From assembly GCA_964641955.1 (NCBI GenBank), contig CAZXNM010000003.1:197813-261812 (forward strand): 64,000 nt of DNA, read 5' to 3'. This document shows, in pieces, positions 46,094-56,226 of the stretch. Position numbers and translations under genes: made by a program. Below the pieces are notes generated by a model. It was given only the letters and a program-made list of their open reading frames with translations, did no database searches and was not told the DNA's origin. The stretch is from an uncultured Planctomycetota bacterium (GTDB lineage: Bacteria; Planctomycetota; SKW154; DAOVDS01). The stretch's first letter is position 1. Every line of letters starts with the position of its first letter.

Positions 46094-47104
46094 TTAAAAC
46101 TGTCTGAGGAATCTGACATCATTGCCGAATATCAGCCTGATATCGTCGATTCCGTATTTCGCCATCACCATCCGGTCTATGCCGATTCCAAAGGCGAAGC
46201 CGGTGTATTTCTCGGGGTCTATGTTGACCTGTTCGAGCACGTTCGGATCCACCATGCCGCAGCCGCCCATCTCCAGCCAGCCCTTGCGGCCGCAGGTCGG
46301 GCAGCCCTTGCCTCCGCATACGAAGCACGAGAAGTCTATCTCGGCGCTCGGCTCGGTGAACGGGAAGTAGCTGGGCCGCAGGCGCATCTTCAGGCCGCCT
46401 CCCAGCATCATGCGGCCGAACATGAGAAGCACGGTCTTCAGGTGGCTGAAGGTGATTCCCTCGTCAACCCAGAGGCCCTCGACCTGGTGGAAGATGTAGA
46501 AGTGCGACGCATCCACCGTGTCGGGCCTGAACACCTTGCCCGGGGCGAAGACCCTGACAGGCGGCCTGTGCTTCTCCATGTAGCGAATCTGCACCGTCGA
46601 GGTCTGGCTGCGAAGCAGCACATCATCCTCGATGTAGAAATTGTCGGACGGGTCGCGGGCAGGGTGGTTCTCCGGTATGTTCAGCGCGACGAAGTTGTGG
46701 AAGTCATCCTCTATTTCCGGGCCCTCGGCCCAGTCGAACCCGAGCCTCATCATGCACTCGGCCACTTCCTCGATGGCCCGGGTCACGGGGTGGCGTCTGC
46801 CCAGGGGAGGGCGCCTGCCCGGCAGCGTGTAGTCGAATATCTCGGGCACCGCGGCTGCGCCCGCGGACAGCTCTTCCTTTCTGCGGGCGAGGATGTCGGA
46901 AATCTTCGTTTTGGCCTCGTTTGCGAGCTGGCCTGCCGCGGGCCTCTCTTCGGGCGGGAGCTTCCCGATTGCGCGCAGCGCCGTGGTTATCGCGCCCTTC
47001 CTGCCGAGGTAACGCACCCTCAGTTGCTCTATCGCATCGGGACCGGTAGCCAGGGCTATTTCGCGTTCGGCCTCCCCGGTGATTCGAGCGAGTTCTTCCT
47101 TCAC
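46094..47104 (-). CDS. pheS: phenylalanine--tRNA ligase alpha subunit
   Basis: Class II motifs (FRPDTVDASHFYIFHQVEG, GWLEMGGCGMVDP). GTG at 47104 chosen because the ATG pair at 47176-47179 and the TTG at 47215 would overlap rplT by 50-90 nt. The alignment of LRVRYLGRKG to E. coli PheS supports the shorter N-terminus. Confidence 0.8.
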   Translation of the reverse strand: MKEELARITGEAEREIALATGPDAIEQLRVRYLGRKGAITTALRAIGKLPPEERPAAGQLANEAKTKISDILARRKEELSAGAAAVPEIFDYTLPGRRPPLGRRHPVTRAIEEVAECMMRLGFDWAEGPEIEDDFHNFVALNIPENHPARDPSDNFYIEDDVLLRSQTSTVQIRYMEKHRPPVRVFAPGKVFRPDTVDASHFYIFHQVEGLWVDEGITFSHLKTVLLMFGRMMLGGGLKMRLRPSYFPFTEPSAEIDFSCFVCGGKGCPTCGRKGWLEMGGCGMVDPNVLEQVNIDPEKYTGFAFGIGIDRMVMAKYGIDDIRLIFGNDVRFLRQF

Positions 47105-47126
47105 GGCGTGTCTCTTGGCGCAAGCT

Positions 47127-47483
47127 TCATTGATTCTGGGCTCTGGCGATTTCGACGAGCCTGGCGAATCCCGCATCATCGCTAACCGCCATCTCGGCGA
47201 GCTGCTTGCGGTCAAGCTCGACGTTCGCCTTGCGCAGCCCGTTCATGAAGCGGCTGTAAGTCATGTCATGACTGCGGGCCGCGGCGTTGATGCGCAGAAT
47301 CCACAACCGGCGGAACTCCCTCTTGCGCACCCTGCGGTCCCTGTATGCGTACTGCTGGGAACGCGTGACCGCTTCTGCCGCGGTGCGGTAGAGTTTCGAG
47401 CGCCGGCCCCAGTATCCCTTGGCATCCTTGAGGATTCGCTTGCGTCTTCGCCTGCTCGCGACTGTGCCTGTCGAACGTGCCAT
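47127..47483 (-). CDS. rplT: 50S ribosomal protein L20
   Basis: [19 protein letters not shown]...[16 protein letters not shown] is near-universal L20 sequence. Confidence 0.95.
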   Translation of the reverse strand: MARSTGTVASRRRRKRILKDAKGYWGRRSKLYRTAAEAVTRSQQYAYRDRRVRKREFRRLWILRINAAARSHDMTYSRFMNGLRKANVELDRKQLAEMAVSDDAGFARLVEIARAQNQ

Positions 47484-47502
47484 CTTCTTCTCTCTTCCTA
47501 AG

Positions 47503-47703
47503 TTACTTGTGCATGACTTTCTTTATCTTGGCGGCATCTGCCTTCGGCAGACTGCTCTTTTTCCGCAGATTGCGCTTTCTGTTGCCGGACTTGCCGCTGA
47601 GCAGGTGGCTTCTGCCTGCCTTGTCATGCAGCACTTTGCCCTTGGGCGTAACCCTGAAGCGCTTCGCCAGTGCCTTGTTCGTCTTGTCCTTCGGCATTTT
47701 CAA
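47503..47703 (-). CDS. rpmI: 50S ribosomal protein L35
   Basis: [23 protein letters not shown]..., 66 aa, between infC and rplT. Confidence 0.9.
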   Translation of the reverse strand: MKMPKDKTNKALAKRFRVTPKGKVLHDKAGRSHLLSGKSGNRKRNLRKKSSLPKADAAKIKKVMHK

Positions 47704-47735
47704 TCACTCCCGGAATAAAACAAGGTGCACGGGTT

Positions 47736-48248
47736 CTACTTGCCGTGTTCCCTGGGGACCAGCAGGGCAGAGACCTTGTTGCGTTCGAGCGTCGAAGGCT
47801 TGTCTACTTTTGCAATTTCCTCCAGCTCGCTCGTGAAGTGGTCCACGACTTTTCTCGCCAGGTCGGCGTGCGCCATCTCCCTGCCGCGAAGCAGCAGGTT
47901 GACCAGCACCCTGTCGCCCTTTTCGATAAACTCCCTGGCGTGCTTGACCTTGACCAGAAGGTCGTGCTCCTCGGTTTTCAGTCTGAGTCTTATTTCCTTT
48001 GTCTGTTGGTGGTGGACTTTTTTGGCGGCGTGCAGCTTCTTCTTCTGCTGGTATTTGTACTTGCCGTAGTCCATCACCTTGCAGACCGGCGGGTTAGCGG
48101 TGGGCGCGACTTCCACGAGGTCGAGCCCCTCCTCTTCCGCCTTTGACAGTGCGTCTTCGCACGAGACAATCCCGAGCTGCGCCCCGTCCTGGCCTATCAG
48201 GCGCACCTGCGGTGCCTTTATCTGCTCATTAAGCCGAGGTGTTTTAAT
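47736..48248 (-). CDS. infC: translation initiation factor IF-3 (AUU start codon)
   Basis: The ORF extends upstream of the GTG listed in the track. In-frame ATT at 48248-48246 is preceded by AAAGGAGGA and followed by IKTPRLNEQIKAPQVRLIGQDG, the canonical IF3 N-terminus. AUU start is the conserved autoregulatory feature of infC. Confidence 0.9.
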   Translation of the reverse strand: MKTPRLNEQIKAPQVRLIGQDGAQLGIVSCEDALSKAEEEGLDLVEVAPTANPPVCKVMDYGKYKYQQKKKLHAAKKVHHQQTKEIRLRLKTEEHDLLVKVKHAREFIEKGDRVLVNLLLRGREMAHADLARKVVDHFTSELEEIAKVDKPSTLERNKVSALLVPREHGK

Positions 48249-48263
48249 CCCCTGTCCTCCTTT

Positions 48264-50171
48264 TTATTGCCTGCCTTCAATCTCCAAGTGAAGCCTGTCG
48301 AGAAGCTCTTCCAGCTTCAGGGACCCTGTGTCCCCCTCGGCCTTTCTCCTGACGGAGACTGTGCCGTTTTCCTGCTCCCGGTTGCCGACGACGAGCATGT
48401 AAGGAATCCTTTCGAGTTCCGCGTCCCGGACCATTGCCGAAAGTTTCTCGCGCCGCAGGTCGCCCTCGGCCCTGATTCCTTGGGCTCGCAGGCGTTCGAC
48501 GACCTCTCGTGCGTATTCGTTCTGCCTGTCGGTTATCGCAAGGACCTTGACCTGGACCGGCGCCAGCCAGAGCGGGAAGTTGCCCCCGTAATGCTCTATC
48601 AGTCCGCCGACGAACCGCTCCATCGACCCGAGCACCGTGCGGTGAATCATAACGACCCGGTGCTCGGCCCCGTCCTTGCCCGTATAATTCACATCAAAGC
48701 GTTCCGGCATGTTAAAGTCAACCTGAATTGTCGGTCCCTGCCATTCCCTGTCAAGGGCATCGAGGAGTTTTATGTCGATTTTTGGCCCGTAAAACACCCC
48801 GCCGCCGGGGTCCATTTCATATTCCAGGCCGAAACGCTCCGCCGCTTCGCGAAGCCTGGACACCGAAACATCCCATATCTCCGGACTGCCTATGGCCTTT
48901 TCGGGCCGCGTCGCAATGTAGGATTTGTACCTGTAGCCGAACGAGCGCATCATGTAATCGGCCAGGTCGATTACGCCGTACACTTCATCGACGAGCTGCT
49001 CCGGCGTGCAGAACAGGTGGGCGTCGTCCTGCGTGAAGCCGCGCACCCGCAGCATGCCCAGGAGCACCCCGCTTCGCTCGTACCGGTATACCGTCCCGAG
49101 TTCCGCGTAGCGCAGGGGCAGCTCGCGGTAGCTGCGCTTTTTCGTCTTGTATATCATTATGTGTCCGGGGCAGTTCATGGGCTTGACGCGGAAAGGCTCC
49201 TCGTCAATCTTCATGGCCCCGTACATGTTCTCGGCGTAGTTTTCCAGGTGACCGCTTATGTGGTAGACTTTTTCGCTTGCGATGTGCGGGGTGTACACGA
49301 GATGATACCCGCGCTTTATATGCTCGGTCCGCCAGAAGTCCTCTATGAGGTGGCGTATCATCGCGCCCTTCGGGTGCCAGTGGATTAGGCCCGCGCCCAC
49401 TTCCTGGTGGACGCTGTATATGTCGAGTTCCCGGCCGAGCCTGCGGTGGTCGCGCCGCTTCGCCTCCTCCAGCTTTTCGAGATGCTCGTCGAGCTGCTTT
49501 TTCTTCGGGAAGGCGGTCCCGTAGATGCGCTGGAGCATCCTGTTCTTCTCGTCGCCCCGCCAGTAGGCCCCGGCCAGGGAAAGGAGCTTGAAGTGCTTTA
49601 CCCGCCCGGTGCTGGGCAGATGCGGCCCCCGGCACAGGTCCACGAAGTCGCCGTGCCTGTAGAAGGTTACGCTGCCGTCCGGTATATCTTCGAGCAGCTC
49701 GACCTTGTATTCCTGGCCCGCCTCGCGCATTTGGCGCATCGCCTCGTCCTTCGGCAGCTCGATGCGCTCGAACGGCTCGTTACGGGCGGTTATCGACGCC
49801 ATCTCCTTCTCGATAAGCTCGATGTCTTCCGGGGTCAGCGGCTTGTCGAGGTCGAAGTCGTAGTAGAAGCCGTCCGCAATCGACGGCCCGATGGCGAGCT
49901 TCGCACCCTTCCTCAATCTGGCGACAGCGTCGGCCATCACGTGGCTTGTGGAGTGGCGCAGGACTTCCAGGCCCTCTTCGGAATCTTCGGTGACTATTTC
50001 GAGGGACGCATCCTTGGCCAGCGGTGTGGTGAGGTCGCTCAGCACACCGTCAATCTTCGCCGCGACCGCCGCTTTTGCCAGCCGCGCGCTGATATCGCGC
50101 GCGACATCCCCGGCGGTTGTCCCGGCCTCGTACTCCTGCGTACTCCCGTCTGGTAGAGTTATCCTGACCAT
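48264..50171 (-). CDS. thrS: threonine--tRNA ligase
   Basis: TGS/N2 domains, class II core (HRTVLGSMERFVGGLIEHY), anticodon-binding domain. ATG at 50171 (MVRITLPDGS) preferred over the longer ORF. Confidence 0.9.
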   Translation of the reverse strand: MVRITLPDGSTQEYEAGTTAGDVARDISARLAKAAVAAKIDGVLSDLTTPLAKDASLEIVTEDSEEGLEVLRHSTSHVMADAVARLRKGAKLAIGPSIADGFYYDFDLDKPLTPEDIELIEKEMASITARNEPFERIELPKDEAMRQMREAGQEYKVELLEDIPDGSVTFYRHGDFVDLCRGPHLPSTGRVKHFKLLSLAGAYWRGDEKNRMLQRIYGTAFPKKKQLDEHLEKLEEAKRRDHRRLGRELDIYSVHQEVGAGLIHWHPKGAMIRHLIEDFWRTEHIKRGYHLVYTPHIASEKVYHISGHLENYAENMYGAMKIDEEPFRVKPMNCPGHIMIYKTKKRSYRELPLRYAELGTVYRYERSGVLLGMLRVRGFTQDDAHLFCTPEQLVDEVYGVIDLADYMMRSFGYRYKSYIATRPEKAIGSPEIWDVSVSRLREAAERFGLEYEMDPGGGVFYGPKIDIKLLDALDREWQGPTIQVDFNMPERFDVNYTGKDGAEHRVVMIHRTVLGSMERFVGGLIEHYGGNFPLWLAPVQVKVLAITDRQNEYAREVVERLRAQGIRAEGDLRREKLSAMVRDAELERIPYMLVVGNREQENGTVSVRRKAEGDTGSLKLEELLDRLHLEIEGRQ

Positions 50172-50340
50172 GACCGTCCCGAAACACAACGATTTGCGGG
50201 AATTCCCGCTGAAACGGGCAGACATACTACAAGACAACAGATGCATCTGTCAATATAAAATGCGTTCACGTCCGCGGGAGCTTTTCGCTTGCGCAGCCCT
50301 GAGCGCCGTGCTAACATGCCTGCGTGCCGGGGGATGTATC

Positions 50341-50643
50341 GTGGCGAAAATTATTGTCACCACCGAGGACGGCGAGCACACCATAACTATGGGGGCGGAA
50401 CCGCTCACAGTCGGACGCTCGCCCGCGAACACTCTTCAGATAAGCGACCCCGCCTCGTCGCGCAAGCACTGCATGATTAAATCCTCGGGCGGATTCACGG
50501 TTATCGTCGATATGGGCTCCTCGAACGGGACGCGCGTGAACGGCGAGAAAATCACCCGCGAGGAGGTGCTCAGCGACGGCGACCTTATCCAGATAGGCAA
50601 GACGGTCCTGCGCTTCGTCGATGAAGAGTCTTCCAGAGACTAA
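50341..50643 (+). CDS. FHA domain-containing protein (small standalone)
   Basis: TVGRSPANTLQISDPASSRKHCMI...GSSNGTRVNGEKI is a typical FHA core. GTG at 50341 preferred; the ATG at 50260 is an alternative. Confidence 0.65.
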   Translation: MAKIIVTTEDGEHTITMGAEPLTVGRSPANTLQISDPASSRKHCMIKSSGGFTVIVDMGSSNGTRVNGEKITREEVLSDGDLIQIGKTVLRFVDEESSRD

Positions 50644-51458
50644 CCGCCTTCTTCTCCCGGCTGCCGCCCGGATGGAAACCTGCTGCGCCTGCCCGGCGCC
50701 CTTTCACGGCGTGCCGGCCTCGTTGCTCTCTGAAGCTCCTGCAGCTCTTCTTCGGTGAGCAGGTCTTCGAGCGCCTTCTGCGTGTCCTCGCGCACCTTGC
50801 GCATCTGCGCCTGGAGCTGCTCCCTCGACTCGGGCGAGGCCTCGTCGCTCCTGACCGTCTTGCGAAGCTCTTCTATCTTTTCCCCCTGCTGCGCGAGAAG
50901 TCCGATGACCTGCTGCTTCTTCTGCTCGTCCCACTTGTATTTTTCCGCCAGGCTGTCTATCTGGCGCTGCCTCGCGCGCGACAGCTCCTCGCGCACCCTC
51001 TCCTCGCGTTTCTGGAGTTCATCGCGCCTGCGCTCTTCCGACAGCTCGCCGAGGAGCTCCTTGAGGGTTTCCCTGTCCGTATCCTGAAGCGAAAGGGGCG
51101 TGGCCTGCGCCGGCGGGGATATCGCACCGGCTTCTCCGACAGTAGCGGGTTTCGCCGCATGCACGGCGGCAAGCTGTTTCTTGAGATTGTCGATTTCCAC
51201 AGCCTGCTGGCCTACTTCGGTTTCGAGTCTCTCGACGTGCCGCTCGTATTTTTCCCTCAGCAGTCCGATTTCTTCCCGCAGCTCGAGCATTTCACCCGCG
51301 CTGGCGCCTCTCGAGTCCGAAACGGCATCCGATTTGGAAGGGCTGGAAGACGGTGAAACAATGCCCGACATAATCTCCGGCTGCTTGAACAGCATGTAGC
51401 CTCCGAGAGCAACGCCGCACAGCGCCAGCAGAACGACAAGCAGGATTACGACTTTCAT
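50640..51458 (-). CDS. membrane-anchored coiled-coil protein, function unknown
   Basis: N-terminal TM, then an extended heptad-like E/R/K/Q-rich region. Confidence 0.45.
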   Translation of the reverse strand: MKVVILLVVLLALCGVALGGYMLFKQPEIMSGIVSPSSSPSKSDAVSDSRGASAGEMLELREEIGLLREKYERHVERLETEVGQQAVEIDNLKKQLAAVHAAKPATVGEAGAISPPAQATPLSLQDTDRETLKELLGELSEERRRDELQKREERVREELSRARQRQIDSLAEKYKWDEQKKQQVIGLLAQQGEKIEELRKTVRSDEASPESREQLQAQMRKVREDTQKALEDLLTEEELQELQRATRPARRERAPGRRSRFPSGRQPGEEGG

Positions 51459-51602
51459 TGCAGCCTCCGAGATTTTTAAGCAATCCTATCATTGTTAACG
51501 TAAACGAAAAAGAGAATGTTCTCCCGAAACCGCCGATTTTTCAGCAGGGATGGGGAAGTATCTGATTGCCGGCGCTTGCCGCAAGCTGACAGTTGTTCTA
51601 CA

Positions 51603-53063
51603 ATGCATGAGTCTGGCATAGACAGGGGGCCGTCAGTGGCAGGACGATTTCGCGTGGCAATCGGCGGGATATGGCACGAAACAAACACGTTCTCGCCCGT
51701 TCTCACGGGCTATGAGAGCTTCAGCATTGCGAGGGGCGATGCAGTTCTCGAAGGCGGGCTGCACGATGTCGGCAGGAAGAAAGACGTTGAGCTTGTACCG
51801 ACTTTTATCGCGAGGGCAGTGCCCTCGGGTCTTGTGCTGAAGGATACTTACTTAAGGCTGAAGCAGGAACTGCTGGAGCAGTTCCGCGCCGCGCTGCCCG
51901 TGGACGGGGTCTATCTCAAGCTGCACGGCGCCATGGAAGTCGAGAACACGGGAGACGGCGAGAGCGACCTGGTGTCAGCGGTGCGTGAAATTGTCGGACC
52001 GGAAGTCCTTGTTGCGGTCAGTCTTGACCTTCACGGCAATATCAGCCCGGCAGTCGTCGAGAAATCTGACATGCTAACAGCCTTCAGAACGGCACCGCAC
52101 CGGGACGAGGACGAGACGTGCAGGCGGGCGCTTGCGCTGCTTGTCCGCGCGCTCGAGGAAGAGCTGCGGCCGGTGCCGGTCATGGTGAAGCCGCCGCTGC
52201 TGCTCGTCGGCGAGAAAGCCATGACCGACTGCGAGCCTGCGAAATCGCTCTATTCGCGGCTCGGCGAGATTGATGCAGCGACGGGAATCATGGACTCCTC
52301 ACTGCTTGTGGGCTGCGCCTACACGGACAGCCCGTTCACTTCTGCGAGCGTCATCGTGGTAGCCGAGAATGACAGTGAGCTGGCGCGCGCACAGGCGCGG
52401 GCGCTCGCCCGTGAAGTCTGGTACCGGCGGCGCGAGTTTAAGTTCGGGCTGGAGGTCGCAACGGTGGATGACGCAATCCGAACCGCCATGCAGTCTCCTG
52501 ATACGCCTGTTTTCATTACAGATTCCGGGGACAATGTAACTGCAGGCGGCGCGGGCGACATCCCGTTCATTCTCGAGCGCCTGCTCGCGCTCGGGGCGCA
52601 GGACGCCCTCGTGGCGGGAATTGTTGACCCTGTCGCGGTGGCAGAATGCGCAGGAGCCGGTGTCGGCGCGAAGGTCGGACTTGCAGTCGGTGGCAAGCTC
52701 GACCCGGCTTATGGTGCGCCGCTGGAGGTTACAGGCGTTGTCGAGAATCTTGGCGCTACAGGGAAGGGCGCAGAGAATGATTCCGCGATTCTTCGCATTG
52801 GCGGGGTAAGCGTCATTCTCACGAAGCGGCGGCGAGTGTTTGAAGATATCGAAAGCATCGCCTCGTGCGGCATTGAACCCATAAAGCAGAAGATAGTCGT
52901 CGTCAAGCTCGGTTATCTCTATCCCGACCTGGAGGAGCACGCGCAGCGCGCCATTGTGGCTCTAAGTCCCGGCTCGACGAACTTGGATGTGACAAGACTG
53001 GCCTACCAGAAGCTCCATCGCCCAATCTTCCCGCTGGATAAGGATTTAGAGTGGGAGCCGTGA
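51603..53063 (+). CDS. M81-family metallopeptidase (microcystinase MlrC-like; DUF1485 N-domain)
   Basis: RVAIGGIWHETNTFSP N-terminal signature of the MlrC family, about 490 aa. ATG at 51603 or GTG at 51633 are possible starts. Confidence 0.7.
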   Translation: MHESGIDRGPSVAGRFRVAIGGIWHETNTFSPVLTGYESFSIARGDAVLEGGLHDVGRKKDVELVPTFIARAVPSGLVLKDTYLRLKQELLEQFRAALPVDGVYLKLHGAMEVENTGDGESDLVSAVREIVGPEVLVAVSLDLHGNISPAVVEKSDMLTAFRTAPHRDEDETCRRALALLVRALEEELRPVPVMVKPPLLLVGEKAMTDCEPAKSLYSRLGEIDAATGIMDSSLLVGCAYTDSPFTSASVIVVAENDSELARAQARALAREVWYRRREFKFGLEVATVDDAIRTAMQSPDTPVFITDSGDNVTAGGAGDIPFILERLLALGAQDALVAGIVDPVAVAECAGAGVGAKVGLAVGGKLDPAYGAPLEVTGVVENLGATGKGAENDSAILRIGGVSVILTKRRRVFEDIESIASCGIEPIKQKIVVVKLGYLYPDLEEHAQRAIVALSPGSTNLDVTRLAYQKLHRPIFPLDKDLEWEP

Positions 53064-53075
53064 TATGCTTCGTGG

Positions 53076-54188
53076 CTAATCATCTGCGTTGAGTTTGAAG
53101 GCGCCATCCGAAGGCTTGAATGCATGGAAATCGGGCTGCTTCGCAATTTGCTGCTCGTAGCCGACGCGCACCTTCCTCGTAAACTGGCTGACTGACTCTC
53201 TGCGAACGAGGCTTACTACGCAGCCGCCGAATCCGGCACCCGTCATTCTCGCCCCGAGCACGCCGTCCGTGTTTCTTGCGAGGTCAACGACAATGTCCAG
53301 CTCGCGACAGCTCACCTCGAACAGGTCCCGCAGCGAATCGTGGCTGTCGTAGAAGAGCCTCCCAAGTTCGTCCATATCCGAAGATTCAAGAGCCTTCACG
53401 GCGTTGAGTACTCTATGATTTTCATTTACGACGTGTTCGCATCGCTTCGCCACTGATTCAGGCAGCAGGTGTTTATTCTCCTGCAATTGTTCAGAAGTAA
53501 CATCCCGCAGCGATGCAGCATCAAGCCCGGTTTCCCGAAGGATTCTGACGCCTTCACGGCATTCGTCTCTTCTCCTGTTGTACTCGGAGGAGGCGAGGCG
53601 CCTTTCCACTTTCGTGTCAATGATTACGAGACTCGCATCTTCCGCGGGGAAAGGCACATGCCTGTATTCAAGGCTTCTGCAGTCCAGGAAGAGGGCTGTG
53701 TCTTTCTGCCCGAAGACCGAGGCGAACTGGTCCATAATGCCGCATTCCACCCCGACGAATTCGTTCTCCGCTCGCCGGCAGAGATGGGGAATCTCCGTAT
53801 CCGCGACTCCGAGATTGAACATCTTCGCGAAAGCGAGGCATGCGGCCACTTCGATTGCGGCTGATGAACTCAGGCCCGCGCCCTGCGGCACATTGCCGCC
53901 GATGCGCATCTCCGCGCCGCCGAGAACAAAGCCCCGGTCGAGCAGCACGCTGGCAACACCCTTCACATAGTTCGCCCAGGTGTATTCCGGGTCTGACCTG
54001 ATATCATTAAGCGCGAAAATGTGTTCTTGGTCGAAAACCTCCGAGTAGAGACGGACCGAACCGCCTTCGCACCTGTCAGCTTCAATCCAGACGCATCTGT
54101 CAATCGCCACAGGCAGCACGAAGCCTTCGTTGTAGTCGGTATGCTCGCCTATCAGGTTGACTCTGCCCGGCGCTTCCACGCGGACCAT
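53076..54188 (-). CDS. galK: galactokinase
   Basis: APGRVNLIGEHTDYN (galactokinase signature), GAGLSSSAA (GHMP motif), GARMTGAGFGGC. Confidence 0.9.
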   Translation of the reverse strand: MVRVEAPGRVNLIGEHTDYNEGFVLPVAIDRCVWIEADRCEGGSVRLYSEVFDQEHIFALNDIRSDPEYTWANYVKGVASVLLDRGFVLGGAEMRIGGNVPQGAGLSSSAAIEVAACLAFAKMFNLGVADTEIPHLCRRAENEFVGVECGIMDQFASVFGQKDTALFLDCRSLEYRHVPFPAEDASLVIIDTKVERRLASSEYNRRRDECREGVRILRETGLDAASLRDVTSEQLQENKHLLPESVAKRCEHVVNENHRVLNAVKALESSDMDELGRLFYDSHDSLRDLFEVSCRELDIVVDLARNTDGVLGARMTGAGFGGCVVSLVRRESVSQFTRKVRVGYEQQIAKQPDFHAFKPSDGAFKLNADD

Positions 54189-54227
54189 GCAGTCACCTCA
54201 GAAACTGCGACGGAGCTTGAAAGGGGA

Positions 54228-56198
54228 TTACTTGTTCTTCTTGTGCCATTTGAGCCACTTGTCGTGGTCCTGGCCGAAGTCCTGCATCGTTATTGCCTTG
54301 AGCGCTTCCGAGGCCGAATCGCGGACACCCTCGTTTTCGTGCTTGAGCTGCTCAATCAAAGGTCCTACAGCATTCTTTTCTTTAAGCTTCCCGAGGGCCA
54401 GTGCGCAGGTACAGCGGATATCGGGGTCGTCATCCTTCAGCAGTGCGATAAGCTGCGCCGCAGCTTCGGTGTATTTCATCTCTCCGAGGGTGTATGCCGC
54501 GCCGATACGAAGGTCTTTCTCCTTGCTGTCCAGGAGCGCGAGGAGGCTCCTTGCGACCGGCTTGCCCAGCGCGACCAGCGCTTCTGCAGCGCGCAGGCGC
54601 ACCCCGGAGTCCTTGAACGCGGCAGTCAGCGCATCGACCGCGTCGAGATCGCCTATCCTGCCGAGTGCCTCGGCGGCGCTGCAGCGGGTTCCTTCGGATT
54701 CTTTCTGGTTCTTGAGCAGTTCAATAAGAGGCTTGACGGCCTTCGATACTTTCAAGGTGCCCAGCGCCTCGGCTGCAGCCCCGCGCAGCCCGTCATCTTC
54801 CTTCAGAATCTTCATGATTGGCTCGATAACGCTGCTGTTTCCCGTCTTGCCCAGAGCCCTTACTGCCGCGGCCCGGACGCTTTCGTCAGGGTCTTCGAGC
54901 GCTTTCAAAAGCGGCTCGATGACTGCTTTCGTCCCGATATCTCCGAGTTTCTCCGCGGCCCCGCGCCTTAAAAGGGGATTCTCGTGCTTTAGCATCTCCA
55001 GCAGTCGCAGCATATTCTTCGCTTCCTCTTCCTGCCGGGTATTCTCGTACCACCATTTCCACTTGTTGTGGTCTTCGCCGAAATCCTTGCCGGTCAGCGT
55101 CTTGAGAGAATTCGCCACCGCGCTGCGGACGCCGGCATCGCCATCCTTGAGCACATCTATAAGGGATTTCACAGCCTCGGTGTTCTTCAATGCTCCGAGA
55201 GCTTTCGCGGCTGCGCGGCGGACTTCCGGACTGCCGTCAGAGAGCCTGTCAATGATTGGTGCAAGCGCCTTATCGCCGGCCGTTTCGCCGAGAGCCTCGA
55301 CCACCTCGGCGCGAACGCGCCAGTCCTTGTAGTCAAGAGCCTTGAGCAGGTACGCGAGGATGTCTTCATCCCGGCGGAGCTTGAAGGCGGCGATGGCGGC
55401 CGAGACACGCACGGGAAGCTCGTCATCGAGCTTCCAGAGCAGCCGGAGTATCGTGGCGGCGGACTTGTCGCCGATTCGACCGAGTGCGCGCGCGGCGCTG
55501 CGGCGCACAGAGGCGTCCTTGTCCTTGAGGGTTTCAAGGAGGGGTTTGACGGCCTTTTTGTCGGCGAGCATGCCGAGCGCTTCCGCCGCGCCCCGGCGCA
55601 CGCCCCACTCCTTGTCCTTGAGCGCCGCGAGGAGAGGCTCCACCGCTTTGGCATCGCCGATATGACCGAGGGCCAGTGCTGCAGCATAGCGCACATGGAG
55701 CGATTCGTCCTTGAGCGTCTCGCCCAGCGCCTCGACCGCCTTTGCGCTGCCGGTCTCGCCCAGCGCAGTCGCGACGGCGCAGCGGACATCGGCGGACTTG
55801 TCCTTCAGAGACCTGCACAGCGCTCCCGTTGCGTCAGGGTCTTTCAGCCGGCCGAGAGCTATGGCGGCCTGGTAGCGGACCGAGTTATCGGCGTCCCTGA
55901 GAAGCTTCGCGACGGGCTTGGTCGCCTTCGTGTCGCCTATGGCTGCAAGGGAGCGTGCGGCGGCAATTCGCACTCCCGAATCTTCATCTTCGAGGGCTTT
56001 CAGAAGAGGCTCGACTGCCTTCTGGCCGCCGATTTCGCCGAGCGAAGCGGCGGCGGCGCGGCGCTGTTCCTCGTCCTCGCTTTCAAGCTGGTCGGAAAGG
56101 TCCCGTATCTTCCTGTCCCGGTCGTCATTCTGGGCGAGGACCGAGCCGGCGGCAAGAATCACGACTGCGGTGCAGACAAGCGCCGGCAGTCTCATCAT
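54228..56198 (-). CDS. secreted HEAT-repeat (PBS-lyase-like) protein with internal duplication
   Basis: Signal peptide, then about 20 copies of the roughly 31-aa motif (xVRxxAAxALGxIGDxxAVEPLLxALKD). Each half ends with a DFG(E/Q)DH(N/D)KW(K/L)(W/K)W motif. Confidence 0.8.
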   Translation of the reverse strand: MMRLPALVCTAVVILAAGSVLAQNDDRDRKIRDLSDQLESEDEEQRRAAAASLGEIGGQKAVEPLLKALEDEDSGVRIAAARSLAAIGDTKATKPVAKLLRDADNSVRYQAAIALGRLKDPDATGALCRSLKDKSADVRCAVATALGETGSAKAVEALGETLKDESLHVRYAAALALGHIGDAKAVEPLLAALKDKEWGVRRGAAEALGMLADKKAVKPLLETLKDKDASVRRSAARALGRIGDKSAATILRLLWKLDDELPVRVSAAIAAFKLRRDEDILAYLLKALDYKDWRVRAEVVEALGETAGDKALAPIIDRLSDGSPEVRRAAAKALGALKNTEAVKSLIDVLKDGDAGVRSAVANSLKTLTGKDFGEDHNKWKWWYENTRQEEEAKNMLRLLEMLKHENPLLRRGAAEKLGDIGTKAVIEPLLKALEDPDESVRAAAVRALGKTGNSSVIEPIMKILKEDDGLRGAAAEALGTLKVSKAVKPLIELLKNQKESEGTRCSAAEALGRIGDLDAVDALTAAFKDSGVRLRAAEALVALGKPVARSLLALLDSKEKDLRIGAAYTLGEMKYTEAAAQLIALLKDDDPDIRCTCALALGKLKEKNAVGPLIEQLKHENEGVRDSASEALKAITMQDFGQDHDKWLKWHKKNK

Positions 56199-56226
56199 TA
56201 TATTCCTCCGGGTACCGGGTGGTTGC

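Noticed and set aside
45815-47185. 456-aa plus-strand ORF
   Set aside because: Antisense to pheS and the small TM ORF. Gly/Arg/Ala-rich nonsense.
51563-51605. Possible leaderless arrangement for the MlrC-like gene (TACAAT box directly abutting the ATG at 51603)
   Set aside because: Spacing is incompatible: transcription would initiate downstream of that ATG. More likely the GTG at 51633 or another promoter is used. Too speculative to call.
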